Below are positions 25,466 through 38,429 of a stretch of DNA of 64,000 bases, in pieces (the first letter of the stretch is position 1; every line of letters begins with the position of its first letter). A program made the position numbers and the translations under genes. The stretch lies in NCBI RefSeq assembly GCF_009834535.1, contig NC_045697.1, positions 96,660,001-96,724,000 on the forward strand. The letters run 5' to 3'. Below the pieces are notes generated by a model. The model made no database searches. It was not told the origin of the DNA and was given only the letters and a program-made list of their open reading frames with translations. This DNA is from Camelus ferus (Eukaryota).

Positions 25466-26094
25466 ATCTCAAATGGAGATGTACAATAACTACTTTTTAA
25501 GTAATAACATCAGATGGTTTATTCTGAGCCATTTATTCTTTAATAATATTTAAATATGTATTATATTAATCAATGCTCCAAAATATTTACTTAAAAATAA
25601 ATAACTTAGCTATAGTCATTGGTATACATTTAGAAGTTAATACTTTTAAAGACTAGCAACCATGGCATTTCTGTAACAGTAGATTAATGAAATATGCTTG
25701 GCTAACAGAGTTCATTCTGCTAATGAGATAAAGCAACAGTAATTTGAAAAATACTACTAATCTAATAAAAATTGCATGCATTTTCTCATCATTTTTAATG
25801 GAGAAGTAAGCAATCCAACTATTAATAGCATCAAAAAGTTGGAAGTTTTGATAATTATCACTTCTCAGACATACTTTAATTTTTATCCCTCATTTAAATG
25901 GCATCCATTTTACTTATTTGATTTTAATATATATAGTATTTAAATAAAAGTCACAACAGTGAATTATATTGTACATCAAATATTTCCTTTCAGGCTAGTA
26001 GCTGTCTAACAAACAAATATATCAAGAAATTGGCATTTAGAAAAATGCAGCCTAAAATAAATTTATGTAATGTGATTATTAAAGAGGCAAACTC

Positions 26095-26300
26095 ATACAC
26101 TTTGCAATTAAAGAAATATTGGTTTGAGTTTTGAGCATATTACTTATTAGCTGAGAGATCTTTAATGAACAATTTTAATTCTCTAAACTCAGTGTGCTCA
26201 CTCATTAAATATAGGTATAATGCCTAACTCACAGGGTTATTAGGAAGTTTAAAGGAAATAATCTTATGAAGTTTCTATCATACTATGTGGCATATGGACA
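26095..26300 (+). mobile_element. MIR SINE
   Basis: ctctaaactcagtgtgctcac...aatgcctaactcacagggttattagg. Confidence 0.75.
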
Positions 26301-27359
26301 AAAAATATATTTTATCCAAACCACCACTTATTCTCTAGTGTAGTTTATAACACTCTATATTTTGTTTGAAGTTTGATCTTATACTGCTTATATTATCTAT
26401 TTATGGCTATAGCTGAAAATGGAGTAGACTGCTTCTAAACTGGCAAGAAGTAAAATGCAAAAGTTTATGGAAAACTTGTTCTTGAATCTGTTCTTAAATT
26501 ATGTGTCAAATTTTACATGAATTCCAGGCTAGAAAAAAGACAACAATCCAATCTGTCAGAAATATATTTTTTATTTGCCTTGAGTGTCAGAGCAATATAG
26601 CATTCAAAACATAGGTCAAATACAAAATAGAAAAAATGCTAAGGAAATATTTCTGAAATAATACAGAGCTTTAAAAAGGACTGTCTAGTATTTCTAAAAT
26701 TTATCTGAAAAACCTAACAGAGAGAAATGAGGCAACACCTCAATTCAAAGATCCCATATCTTGGTGTTGGCAGATACAGTCCTTACACAGAAAGTTGTGT
26801 TCTTCCAAGGAAATAATGAAAATAAAACTATAAGATCAATTATAAAGATTTGAAACTCTTGAACCCCAAACTACTAGATAAATATGCTATGAATATGTAA
26901 GTTTTGTGGTTTTAGTTTTTAAAAAAAGGAAAAATAGAAATTTGTTCATTAGTTATGGCTCTATTGTCTACAAACTTACTTTCTCTTTTTTGAGAAACTT
27001 CCTCTCCTACTATGCTCCCACAAATGTTAAAATCTTGATATCAGCATCATTTATCTTTAAGTAAATAAGCAAAATTAATATCACTTATTCTATAGTCAAT
27101 ATCTCTTTGTGATCATTTCCCTTAGTTGGTTCCCCGAAGTCCACAGGCAATCTATTGAAGAACAGTCTCACTCAAAGATAATTCAAAATTTGAAGTCCTC
27201 TTTCCTGTGGTCATCTGAGGGTCTTTCTTGAAATCTGTCCCCTAAATTATCCCCATGCATGAATGGATTTAATTCTGACAATCTTATATATACCAGTTCT
27301 CAAAGTCAAACATTGTTCTATTATTTGGATACTTTTTAAATTAAAATTTTACCTGACCT

Positions 27360-27495
27360 TAATCATTAATCCTAAAAATATATTTATTTACCTCATACTA
27401 TGTGCAAGGTATGCAACTAGGTGCTGAGAATCCTCAAGTTAACTCAAAGATTTGGGCCTTGCCCTTGTCATGACTAATGGGGAACATACATTGTA
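27360..27495 (-). mobile_element. L2 3' end
   Basis: tatttatttacctcatactatgtgcaagg...ctaggtgctgagaat...ccttgcccttg. Confidence 0.6.
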
Positions 27496-27549
27496 AATAC
27501 GTATTGGTTAATGTTATATTTGTTTTAAAATATTCACATTTTCAAATAG

Positions 27550-28720
27550 ATTTTTTTGAATTTTAGGCCTACATTCCAAAATTAGGTGCCACATCCTTCC
27601 ATGTTGGACTTGCAAAAAAGTAGGAGGAGACAACAAATTGTGTTTGTGATTATTAAATCACTCATCCCCCTTGACTTCATGAAAAGCATGAGAAATTGGA
27701 GAAAGATTCTAGAGGGGAATTTTGTGGGTCAAGCTATGTTTTCCGTCCTACCTCCTTACTCCATCCCCACACAACAAGGATGGGTTCTAGGATTATATGC
27801 TTATTCCTTATACCAAACTAAGCACAAAAAGAATTTGGGTGGAACTTCATAAAGTATCATATGTATCCAACATTTGGAGGACAGGGTAGACCAGCTCAGA
27901 AAGTTTAAAGAGGTAGATACTGACTAACTGCCTGAGTTGACAGTGAAACTATGGGTAGGGGACTTTGTTGGAATCAGTTTACACATTTCTGTAGGTAAAA
28001 GATACCTGTTTCCTATGAACAATATGCAAATGACATACAAAAGAAAGCTGCTTTGGATTCATCTTTGGTCATGTTCAAAAGAGCTTCATGGAGAGATATT
28101 TATAATTCAGAAGAAAGAATATGAGGTAACACCACACATCTAGAGGTGAAAAAAGGATTATTAGGCTTTATCTTGGGAACTACTGATAAAAGAGTCAAAG
28201 AGAGAAAAATTTCTAAATAACCCATAAAAGAGTTTGTAGGACAAGCAACTTTAAGTATTTGCCAGTTCCAATTGTATCATAGCCAAGCTAGATTCACTAA
28301 AATAATGTTTCTGCTCACAATTCTTCTCCTTTACTCTAGAAAAATCACAACTGTGATTAACAGGAGAAGGAAAATAGAGTTTAGATGAAAAAAGAGGTTA
28401 AAAACTTGATTATACCTCTCATTCCAGTCCTCAATTGTAGGTTTCTGCCTAAAGCGTGACTTGGCTGTGGGAGGAAAGCGTCTTACATTTATAATAGTTG
28501 TCGATGTTTTATTATTGTATGGGACTGAATATTTTAATTAACACAATTTAAAGTGAATTTTGTTACTTAAAGTATTTGTATTACATTTTACTATCCAAGA
28601 GTAACTGGAAAAGTAATGACAGTTGCTCTACATTCCATCCAAATGTAGTGTGAAGACAAAGCTCCAAGAGTTGATTTAAAAGAACAGTCGATACAAAAAA
28701 TGTGTATTATAAAAAATTCA
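27550..28720 (+). mobile_element. Ancient long LTR (LTR78/79-like)
   Basis: The 3' part gggactgaatattttaatta...gttacttaaagt...gagtaactggaaaagtaatg...gatttaaaagaacagt resembles LTR78 as I recall it. The 5' boundary is uncertain. Confidence 0.45.
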
Positions 28721-29399
28721 GAATCTGATTTACTCAACATAATGGTTACTGAAGAAACAAAAAGTCACCTTGAACACCTAAGTAAACAGGGGAATTTGTT
28801 ATAAGGATAAAGTAGGTCTCTCAGAACCCCAAAACAATGAGGCAGCTGAGTTAGAATGAGATAAGAAACAGATAACCCTGTCAGAGCTCTTTCCTCACCC
28901 TTCATCTGTTTCTCTTTGCATGTTAATTCTTTCTTTCCAGATTTTTCAACCCTCCCTTCATGGTTCATCAGGAAAAAAAAAAAAATAGGCCACCAAGGTT
29001 CTCACAGATTCAACTTCCCTAAGAAATTATGTATCTTTCTGCTTCCAAACCAATGTTTTCAAAATAGTCTCTTCAGTTATGACCAGGAGACTGGTCTTAC
29101 TGCATGAACAAAGCTGCTATTGAAGCCCCCTCTGTAACCATGGAGATGAGAGGTAAGTCGCTGCAGGTGGTCACTACAATAGACAATGAAATGCTGTCTA
29201 TGATAATGCAATAGAAGACACCATGTAAACATAAAGAAAACACATCTAATCAGATTTTGGTGAAAGTGTTAAGAAAGAACATGAAAATTTTTCAGAGGAA
29301 GTGATTTTGCTATATGTAATTGGGCAAAAAGTTCTTCCATGGGCTTTATTTGCCAGTGAAAATTATCTGGGCATGACAGGGGATGGAGTGGCAACTTGC

Positions 29400-30110
29400 A
29401 GCCATTTCTAATTGATTCACCATATCTATACTTTAAATTATTTTGGTTTAAGAGTGCTACAAATTAATTGTATTTGTCTATTTAGGATTTAAACACAATC
29501 TGAGAATCTTTGTCTTTCAGTAGAGAAGCTAAAACATTTACATTTACTGTCACAACTGATATTTTTGGCTTTCATCTGTCATATTGTTCTAGAGCTTCAG
29601 CAATGTATGCTTTCTTTTTTATGTTTGTGCAGTGTGAACTTGGCAAAGAAGACCAATTGTTGAGTATGAAACTAGAGTCAAGGACTTTGTCTTTTAGAAC
29701 TCACATAGATTTTTTTTCTATAGAGTTCAGGTTATTAAAATTGCAAAGGAGAAGATGATAGTGGCATTTTATTCCTTCCTAGGGTATCTCCTTCTTGCCT
29801 AGATTTACATAGGTATTATGTTATTCCTTATCTTTATCATTAGAAGAAAAAAATAGCCAATTATTTCTGGATACAAATTTGTTTTTATTAATTTTGCCTA
29901 CAATATGATATGTTCATTGGATTGTTTTTTGTTTTTTGTTTTTTTAATTTAAGCTTAGCAGAAGTCTCTTCAAGCATGCATTTTATTATTACTACTCTTC
30001 TAATTGTTCTTTTTTTCCCCTCAGGAAAACTTAACAACCTGTGGATAGACCTCTATCACCATTTTTTATGGTCCTTATTATTTTTATCGTTTTTTAAAAA
30101 TCGTGTGCTT
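29400..30110 (-). mobile_element. Ancient L1M fragment around the ORF1/ORF2 boundary
   Basis: caatctgagaatctttgtcttt...catttacatttactgtcacaactgatat is the antisense of the ORF2 start region. Confidence 0.55.
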
Positions 30111-30882
30111 TCATCACAGTACATCACTTCCCCACATCACTGTTTTGCCTGCAAGGCTCATTCTACTCTTTGCTGTTTACAGTTAGTCTGCCAAAGAGCT
30201 GGGATGCAGTAGGACAACTGCCCTTTCCTCTCAGTTGATACCTTTCCATTCAGCCTACAGATTTTGGTAATCCACAAAATCACATTTATTTCAGCCACAA
30301 CTGATTGAATCAGAGAGACCATGTGATAAAGAAAGATAAAATCATAGACTTGAAGGAGTCCACCTAATTGACTCAGGATTTGATCTGTGGAACCAAAGAT
30401 GGAGTGGCTGAATCATATTTACAGAACAGAACTAATGACAAGGTCCCAACCTCCAGCTGCTAGTTTGTTCCCTTCTTGGGAATGCTTCGGTTTGTTTGTT
30501 CGCTTACAGCTTTTCCTTGGACACTTCAATTTCTACAACCCACTGTAAAACCTTTTAGCTAGTTTCTGTACCTACACAACATGTGGTCTTCTTTATAATT
30601 GCACATTGTTCTTTCCTTATTTCTCTGTGCTACTATTTCATAGAGCCTTCTTGAATCTCATTAAAATACCAAACAGATTTCTAAAATATTACTACAATAA
30701 ATCATTTTTAAAAGGTACACTTTTTCATTCCACTTTCAAAATACAGTTTCCTCTTTATTAGACTACAATATATTTCCATAGGTCCAACTCTATTTTCTTC
30801 TTCATTAGTCATTCTCTAAGGAGAACATATATACCTAAAATTAAACTTTGCTAACTAATCTCTGTGTATGCAAGGTTCTTTT

Positions 30883-31052
30883 CTTTCTTTTTCTTTTTTT
30901 TTAAATTTCTGTACTTTCCTCTAATTCCTCTTCCCCCTACCTCCCACATCTGGTAACCACAAATCTGATCTTTTTTTCTGTGGGATTGTTTGTGTATTTT
31001 TGAAGTATAATTGACCTACAATACTTGTTAGTTCCTGTTACACCACATAGTG
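30883..31052 (-). mobile_element. 170-bp L1 3'UTR-derived insertion with its own A-rich tail and TSD
   Basis: T-rich tract at 30883-30902. Flanks tgcaaggttctttt (30869-30882) / tgcacagttctttt (31053-31066). L1 3'UTR motifs ctggtaaccacaaatctg and gaagtataattgacctacaa. Confidence 0.75.
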
Positions 31053-33215
31053 TGCACAGTTCTTTTACCTATACTGTTTGTACCAGTCAAGTTCCTTTCT
31101 CTTCTGTACAGAAGGAAAGTTAGTGAAAAACAACACCAGCAACAACAATGGTGCCCAGAATTTGACCCCACCTCCGGCTCCTAGTCCTTGATCCTTCCTG
31201 TCTGTGCCCAAACCTGAGTTGTTAACTTGATTGGATTACATACCAATATGTAAATATCATTCTTGTAAGGCCATCCCTCCTTAATTCAGTGTATCTCTAT
31301 AGCTGGTTTGTTTCATGCTACATGTTCCGTGCCAACAGGCATCTTGCCATTGACTGGGATTTTCAGTTCAACTCCACAGGGCTTGCAGAAAACAGAAATC
31401 CTTTCTTAACATGGAGTTGGGCAGCAATCTTAATTTTCTTTCATGTTTCCAGTTGTAATCTTTTCCCATCTTTCCACTGGATTTTAAAGGAGAATTGGAA
31501 AAACTGCATTTGCTCTGATAGATCCTCTCTTTATATTGGTATTTTCAGACTTAAATTTCTAAGCCTGAATTTGAACAATTTCTTAATAAGTTTCAGTATG
31601 TTAACACATCATTTAGTTTGCAGAAATTGTTTTCCAAATGTGGTTATTTTCTTATTTCAATATAAGTGAAAAAGAAATTATTTTGTATATTCAATGTAGT
31701 GATTTTGCCATTAAAACCATTATGGAAAAGCTTATTAAGTAAATATTTAACAATTCCAAATAAAATTTATTTAAAGAAACCAGTGATAGAACTGTTTTAG
31801 ATTTTTAGTTTGGGATTTTCCAAGATAAAACTCAAGTGGAATAATTTGAACTTAGAATCACAATTTGTTTACACCTTATTCCAAATAACCATTAATTCTA
31901 TGACTAAAACAAGAAGTTGTTTTTCAATGTCCTGTATTCACTCTACCAATTCAATCTCAAATATTTGGTCCTCGTGAAATAGTTTTAATGAAATGACAAA
32001 TTATTGTAACTTCTAGAAGCTCATGATTCAATACACTAGGATAAACTTTAGAAGTTAACTATTGTGTACAAGTCTGTAAGATATTTTTCTAGACTTAAAG
32101 CAATATAGAGACAATTTAGGTAAAACTTGATACCAGAACAGGTACTAAGTTAACATACTCTCTAGTAAAGCATATATCTATAAACTTCTGAATTAGTTTT
32201 TTAAACATAAATATTGGCCTCTTCCCTAATGTGATTTAAAGTTATACTCAGAGGAAATTTGCCTCATCTTTTATTTTGTATACCTTATGCCCAGGTAGAG
32301 TTTTTTGAGTGAAAAAAATCATTCATTGAGAATGTGAGTTTAGGGAGTAAAAACCCATGAGACACTGGTGTGCTTTGCAACATTTCAAAATAAATTCCAA
32401 ACCTTTTGAATGCATAAGATGCAAAATAAACCCTTTAATGATTCAGGTCTTACATTCTAAAGAATCCCTCATAGTTTTCAAGGCAATCAGACACATACAG
32501 AATCTCAAAAGTAGATTTGCATTTTTTAGATCAAGAAAAAGCTGTAGACAGTTGGAAATGAACAGTACATAAGGTCTGAATGGCAATATTAATGAAAGCT
32601 GTTAATATGCAGATTCAATTCAGAATGGCAAATAATTTTTTAACCAAATAAGAGCCTTTTTACTTCTCAAAAATTAATTTCTCTCATTTTGTTACCCAGT
32701 TCACTTTATGCAAACATATAGGCTACAATATTATATCCACAACGCACTTATAGATACAAGGGCTTAACTGTCAAATATGTTTTACCACCATCAATGCAAA
32801 TTTTACATTACTGTTCTCTATATGACACAGTAAAAACCAATCCTATGTTTATTTCAATTGCCCATTTAAAATGCAATTTAATAAAATACTTATATTTTCT
32901 AAGTGTAATGAAATAGTTTATTCTAATACAATATACATAGTAATAAAGTAGTATTTCTTGTGTCACCTGTTCAAACTGGGTATATTCTGAATAAGTTGTG
33001 TTTCAGTAAATCTAGTTTTATTTTAGCCTCTCCATTTCCTGCTCATTAAATATAGAAAACAGATTAAATAAAATAATAAAATGAGAGAAACCTATGGACG
33101 AGATTATGTGACAGTATCAAAGACTGAGAAAGCTGACGTAATTTTCCCTATCTCAAGGAATAGGAGTCAGTAAAGTTTCACTCCACCAAAAATATTCTTA
33201 CTGTGGAAATGCTAT

Positions 33216-33713
33216 TGTGAATGAAAAATACCGCAAGCCATATCAGTAAACAAAGAATGCTGAAGCCATCAAGTCATCAGCGGCTGCCGCCACCCCACAG
33301 TGAAGACAAGCCTGCAGCCTGGCCTCTGCAGCCACTCACAATGGTGCACCCTGAGGGGACTCAGAATAAGAAAGGACAGGATACTGGCCCTAGATAGCTA
33401 GCTGCTTGTCAAAGGAATGAATTCAATGAGCCCAAATGTTTGCTTCCTCCCATATATAGAAAAGCACTAAATTCTTTAACTTGAGGTGTCTGGTTTTCTT
33501 TAGTTAACAAGTAATCTTCTAATGTTCCACCTACCTGGTCTATGTTGTAAAACTCCTCTGTATCCTAGCTCCTTCCTTACCTCTTCAGAGCCGTCCCTCA
33601 GAGCGATCTGAGAGGCTGTCATTCTGGGCTTGAAGGGGTTCAAGTCCTCAGAAATGTCCACCAAATAAAACATGACTCTCAACTTTTGGGCTGTGCATTT
33701 ATTTCAGTGGACA
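33216..33713 (+). mobile_element. ERV1-class solo LTR (498 bp)
   Basis: TG...CA ends with imperfect inverted termini (tgtgaatgaaa / tttcagtggaca). AATAAA near 33664. 4-bp TSD ctat/ctag. Confidence 0.88.
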
Positions 33714-34299
33714 CTAGTCATAACCACCAGGAGCTACTTGATAAAAAGAAGCATAAATTTTGTGGATAGGCATTATCAAGTAAAATAGGACCTGATTAGT
33801 GCCTATTATGCAAATACTGATGCTTGTCTATTAAAACTCTGGGCATCAAGATTCTAACTTCTCAAATTGGTTAATTCCACTGGGTTAAGATATTCATCTA
33901 ACCAGCTACAATTAACTGAGATTTTTTTAACTTAACAATAGAATCAATCTCTGAAAAGACAACTTTATTTAAATATGTCTATTTTTTATGTGTATACCTA
34001 TAGCAATGATAACTAGATATTAAATAAACATGTTATGTCTAATGATATATAAATGTATATATATGTGTGTGTATAAATACATGTATTTCAATTTGAAAAT
34101 AATATATGGAGAAAATTACAGTGTAGTTCCAAGTGCTTTAGTGCCAAATGCCTTCCGTTTTATTACTGGTGAATCTCTTACCCAAGAATAGCCAGGTTAA
34201 TAGTCTCTCTTCTATACCATTTGCTGACTGACTTCTCTTTTCACTGCAGGTTCATTTCCTACTTAGGTCCTCATCCTACTTGCCCCTTCTTCTAATAAG

Positions 34300-35378
34300 T
34301 GCATAATCTGTTGAACGCCTTTCTCTGTGAATGACTCGGCCACAATGCATGGGTGACCGTCCCTGGCAGTTGTATTTGTACTATACTCTTCCTAACCAAG
34401 TGAATGGATATTTGACTGGAGTAGGCCTGATCAAAGCGTCTCTCCTAATCATTTGCAATTAGGACAGAGAAAGGGCCAATCTTTGTAAGTGATGAAACTG
34501 AGACAGGAAGGGGGCAGGGCACAGCCATTCAAGGAATGCTACAGCAAGTAACATCAAAACGGTGAAAGATTCAACCCCCAGTAGGCCTTGAGGCTCAAGA
34601 TGGTGGGAGAGTTAACTTCTAGTAGAACTTGAGCTTCATTATATGCCTATTGTAATGTATTAACATGGTGAATAACATGCCCACAGGCACCATGACAGTC
34701 CAAGGCTAGCCACAAAAAGTCAAAGAGTGGGAAATGGCCAACTTCCTGGGAATCCCAGCCCCTTCCCCAGGCTAGTTAAACTGGTCCTTCCACTTATTTG
34801 CATATGAAGCTACCAAAGCCCATTAAATCGGGCAACACTGCCCCTCAGGGCCTCTCTCTCTCTCTCTCTTCTTTCAGAGGAGGCCTGCACTCTGTCTATG
34901 GAGTATGTACCTACTTTTAATCTGAGCACCCAACTCCCACACTTCGTGGTCTTTCTCTTGCCTTTTGATGTATCTCTCTAAATAAATCTATCTTTACTCA
35001 ACTGCAGCTTGCTCTTGAATTCTTTCCTGCAAGAAGCGAAGGACCCACACCTGGCAGGGCATGTTCCAGGGGCTCAACCAAAGCCTGGGACACGGCCCTC
35101 CTCACACCCCACATCCATTTTTCCTGCATCAAAACTATGAAATAATAGAACACTATTATTCCATGAAGGAGAAAGAAAAGAAAAGGTTGTCTATGGGGAG
35201 AAAAACACAAGAATGACATAAATGCACTGAGCAAAGCTCTGGTGCCTCCTGAGATAAGGCTCCCGTCTTTCTCTTGGCTTCATGAATCACTATGAATCTT
35301 CTTTATAAACTAGGTGTTTTTTTCAGCTTGTCTGAGTCGAGTTTTTTCACATTTAAAATATAAGAGCCTTACTAATAT
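34300..35378 (+). mobile_element. Old MaLR/ERVL LTR (MLT1K/L-like) split by the 34499-35131 LTR
   Basis: The 3' end cagcttgtctgagtcgagttttttcacattt...agagccttactaata is typical of old MLT1 LTRs. Confidence 0.5.
34499..35131 (+). mobile_element. ERV1-class (MER41-like) solo LTR (633 bp)
   Basis: Inverted termini tgagacagga...tcctgcatca. Perfect TSD aaac (34495-34498 / 35132-35135). aataaa at 34981. cttgctcttgaattctttcctgc motif. Confidence 0.92.
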
Positions 35379-35899
35379 GGTTAAATAATTATAGTATTGT
35401 ATTCTCATATTCTCTATCTACAGCTGTTCAAATCTTATCCTTTAAGGTAGTTATTTCTAGAGCTCTAGCTATTTCAGCTTCAAGGGACCTCTCTGCAGAT
35501 TCATAATATTTTATAAAATAAATTTTCTGAAAAATTATCTGGTAAAATATGCCTTTTCTATGCATTACTTCTATGGAATAGGTTTTATAGATTTTCTTGA
35601 CTTTTAGCAAAATTTTCTTGGCTGAATACTGACTGTAAGAGTGACATTTCTTTAATAAAAGACCTTTATACTCTGTTTACTTTGTTGCAATGAATAACCA
35701 CTTTTATTCCTTTAAGCAATCTCTGTATATGTTGAAAACACTCCATTATCAACTTACCAAAGTAGAGTTTGATTTTTCAGTCTTACACACTAACTTGACA
35801 TTTATTTAAATACAGAATACATTTTTAAAAGATATATTATATATACATACATAGGTATATACATTTATACTTATACACTTATATTCTAGTGTCTCTCAA

Positions 35900-36330
35900 A
35901 ATAACATGACAATAACCAAACTCCTTATATTTTCACCAAAAAGAGTTTCTCTCAAAATCCTCCATCAAAGTAAATGTCTATTCTTGCTATCCTTCAATCC
36001 AAAAATCCATATTTCATATTTTTTGATTTCATACTGTTTTAGATCATATATCCAATCTATGATCAAATACTGAAAGCTATATCTTCAGAATATATCCAGA
36101 ATCTGAACTGTTCTCATCTTCACCACCAGCCCCAGGTCCAGACCATCATCTTTACTTGTAAAGATTTTTTGAAATTATCTTCTACTCTAGTGGTCTTCCT
36201 GATTTTGTTCTTGGTTTCTTTGGTCAATTTGTTCCCCAGAAACCAGTGTCTTGTTAGGGTATTTCTCTGCTTGAAGTCCTCTAAGGCCGAAGACCTAACA
36301 ATGACCCACAAGGTCCTACATCATCTATAA
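35900..36330 (+). mobile_element. L2 fragment
   Basis: catatatccaatct...tcttcagaatatatccagaatctga...ccaggtccagaccatcatct...caaggtcctacatcatct. Confidence 0.8.
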
Positions 36331-36670
36331 AGTTCTTACTACACTGTGCTCACCACAAAATAAGCACATGATCAACACTGACTGATGTTATTTTTATAAT
36401 TATTTTAAATTATATATAAGAAAACAATAGGCCCAGAAGGAAGTACTAAAGGAAAGAGCCTTAATTCTAATTCCTGCTTTTCCTTCTTCAAAGTTAATGG
36501 AGTCTCTTTTCATGTACAGAAAAAGTTAAATTGACCAAATAAAAATAAAAAGCTAGTAATATAAACAAGATGCAAGAAAACTTGGTAAAATATCAGTATA
36601 AATTCCACAAAGAGTAAAGCATTTTATAATGTCCCCATAGGAATTTGGGGAAAAAAATATCATGTGTAGG

Positions 36671-37653
36671 TGTTACCAAGCAATGGCTCACTGACTGATG
36701 TGCAGAGAAGCCAATACTATAGCATTGGGTTTGGGAAAAGAAAAAGCTTTACTGGAAGGTTGACTTGCAAGGAGACAGGAGGCAAGGCTCAGATGTGTTG
36801 CCTGATCTCAGGTTGGGTCAATCTTTTATGAGCTAGGGGAGGAAGGTTGGTATGCAGAAGCACTGGTGTGGCAGATTTCCGTTGAAGGGCTTTGGAACTT
36901 GGCCCCTGTGGTAAGGTATAGTAAAGGGGGCTTCAGCATCTGATATTCCTGGACAGCAGATCTGTTGCTTCTAAAAGGGTTCCCACATTCATGTTCTAGT
37001 CATGCCCTGATCCCCTGGTTCTGTGGAAACTTTGGTTCCAGGTGTTTTCTGAATTTTCAGAATTTTCTCCCCTGTGCATGCTTCAGCTTAATATGACTTG
37101 CAGTTTTATTCTGTTGTTTCTGAAAAAGCACTCTGTATCTTGTTATTGATAGACTAACCAGTTTTGTTACAGAAATGACAGGCCAGCCAAGAAACAAGCA
37201 CCACTCGGAGGGTTGGAGTACTCAGATGTATTACGCCGGCGGGCTCAGAGGGGCTTCTGCTCCAAAGCTCTGAGCACCTCCAAGACGTGTGCATGAGGTT
37301 TATAGGGTAAAGTACAAGCTTGGGGTATTCGGCCAATAGGCATGGAACAGCTTTAGCAGCATCATTATCACAAAAGTGGAGGCAGGGAGACAGCAAACCA
37401 ACATTCCAAAGCAAGATATATCTCTTTGAAAATCCAGCTGGCTAGCAAAAAAAACATGAACAGCAAACCAACACTAATTAACTTAGATTTACGAGTTAGT
37501 CCAGCAGAACTCAGATCGGTATTCCGATACTTAAATTTGTGAGTTATCTTGTTAGCCCAGCACAGCCTCTCCTTCACATTCCTAGACTTGTGAGTTACCT
37601 TGTTAGACCAGCTCGGCTTTTCCTTCACAGTTTGAGCTGACCCTGTGGTTACA
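36671..37653 (-). mobile_element. ERV1-class solo LTR (outer; about 514 bp without the insert)
   Basis: tgttacc...ggttaca termini. TSD tagg (36667-36670) / cagg (37654-37657). The - strand carries TATA-like cataaaag and poly-A-like agtaaa. Confidence 0.88.
37165..37629 (-). mobile_element. Younger ERV solo LTR (465 bp) nested in the outer LTR
   Basis: TG...CA ends. Perfect TSD gttt (37161-37164 / 37630-37633). CpG-rich. cctataaa on the - strand. Confidence 0.92.
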
Positions 37654-38029
37654 CAGGAATCACTATAAATCAGTAAAGTTATGTGAATTCATGAATAACC
37701 AGAAAAATTTTAGAAAATTTGGTTCTAAATCTGATAATAACAGAAAAAATTAAAAATCTATCGGTAAAGAGAGGCTGTTTATGACCATCTTCTTCCTATC
37801 AGTTGATTTGAATATGGTCAAACACAGGAATTTGAATCAGAAAAGTTTTATTATTAAAAACAGAAATTTGAGCAGCTAGTTATTTCATGGGGGAGAAAGT
37901 AAGATAGGGGAGATTCTGCTATTTTTGGACTGTTTATAATTAATTATCATATATTCTATTGTCCTTTCTAGGTTCACATTCATTGGTTCAGGGATTTCCA
38001 AATTGTGGGTAGTGGACAGTCCCAGTAAT

Positions 38030-38230
38030 GAAGAATAATAGTGGTCACTATTGAGTTATCAGGTGCCAGATATTTTGATGTGTGTGTGTTTACACCTTGA
38101 TCCATAAAATAATTTTTTAATTTAGACATAGAAGTCAAGATTCAGTAACACTGCCAAATTTTTATAGCTATGAAGTGGCCTAGCTAGGAGTTGGGCTGAG
38201 GTCTATCTGAATCCAAAGCCAGTGTTTATA
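38030..38230 (-). mobile_element. MIR SINE
   Basis: agctatgaagtggc...aggtctatctgaatccaaagcc. Confidence 0.65.
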
Positions 38231-38429
38231 AAAGTACATGAAAGCCTTTCTTTGAAACATACAGATTAATGAGTAGGTAGAATATCAATGTTCAATGTCC
38301 TAAAAGTATTTTTAAGTTACAGAACTGGAACATTCTATACCGAAACCTTTAATATACATCTATTAAAATATTATCATTTTCATAGATAGCCAAAATGTCA
38401 TTACTATATCTAAAATAATTAGCATTTCA

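Noticed and set aside
31289..31669. 126-aa ORF in unique sequence
   Set aside because: It has a GTG start, an F/L/I-rich composition typical of chance ORFs in AT-rich DNA, and no splice or domain support.
34552..35135. 9-bp direct repeat catcaaaac as the element boundary
   Set aside because: The boundaries 34499-35131 give TG...CA inverted termini and a perfect 4-bp TSD, so the 9-mer is coincidental.
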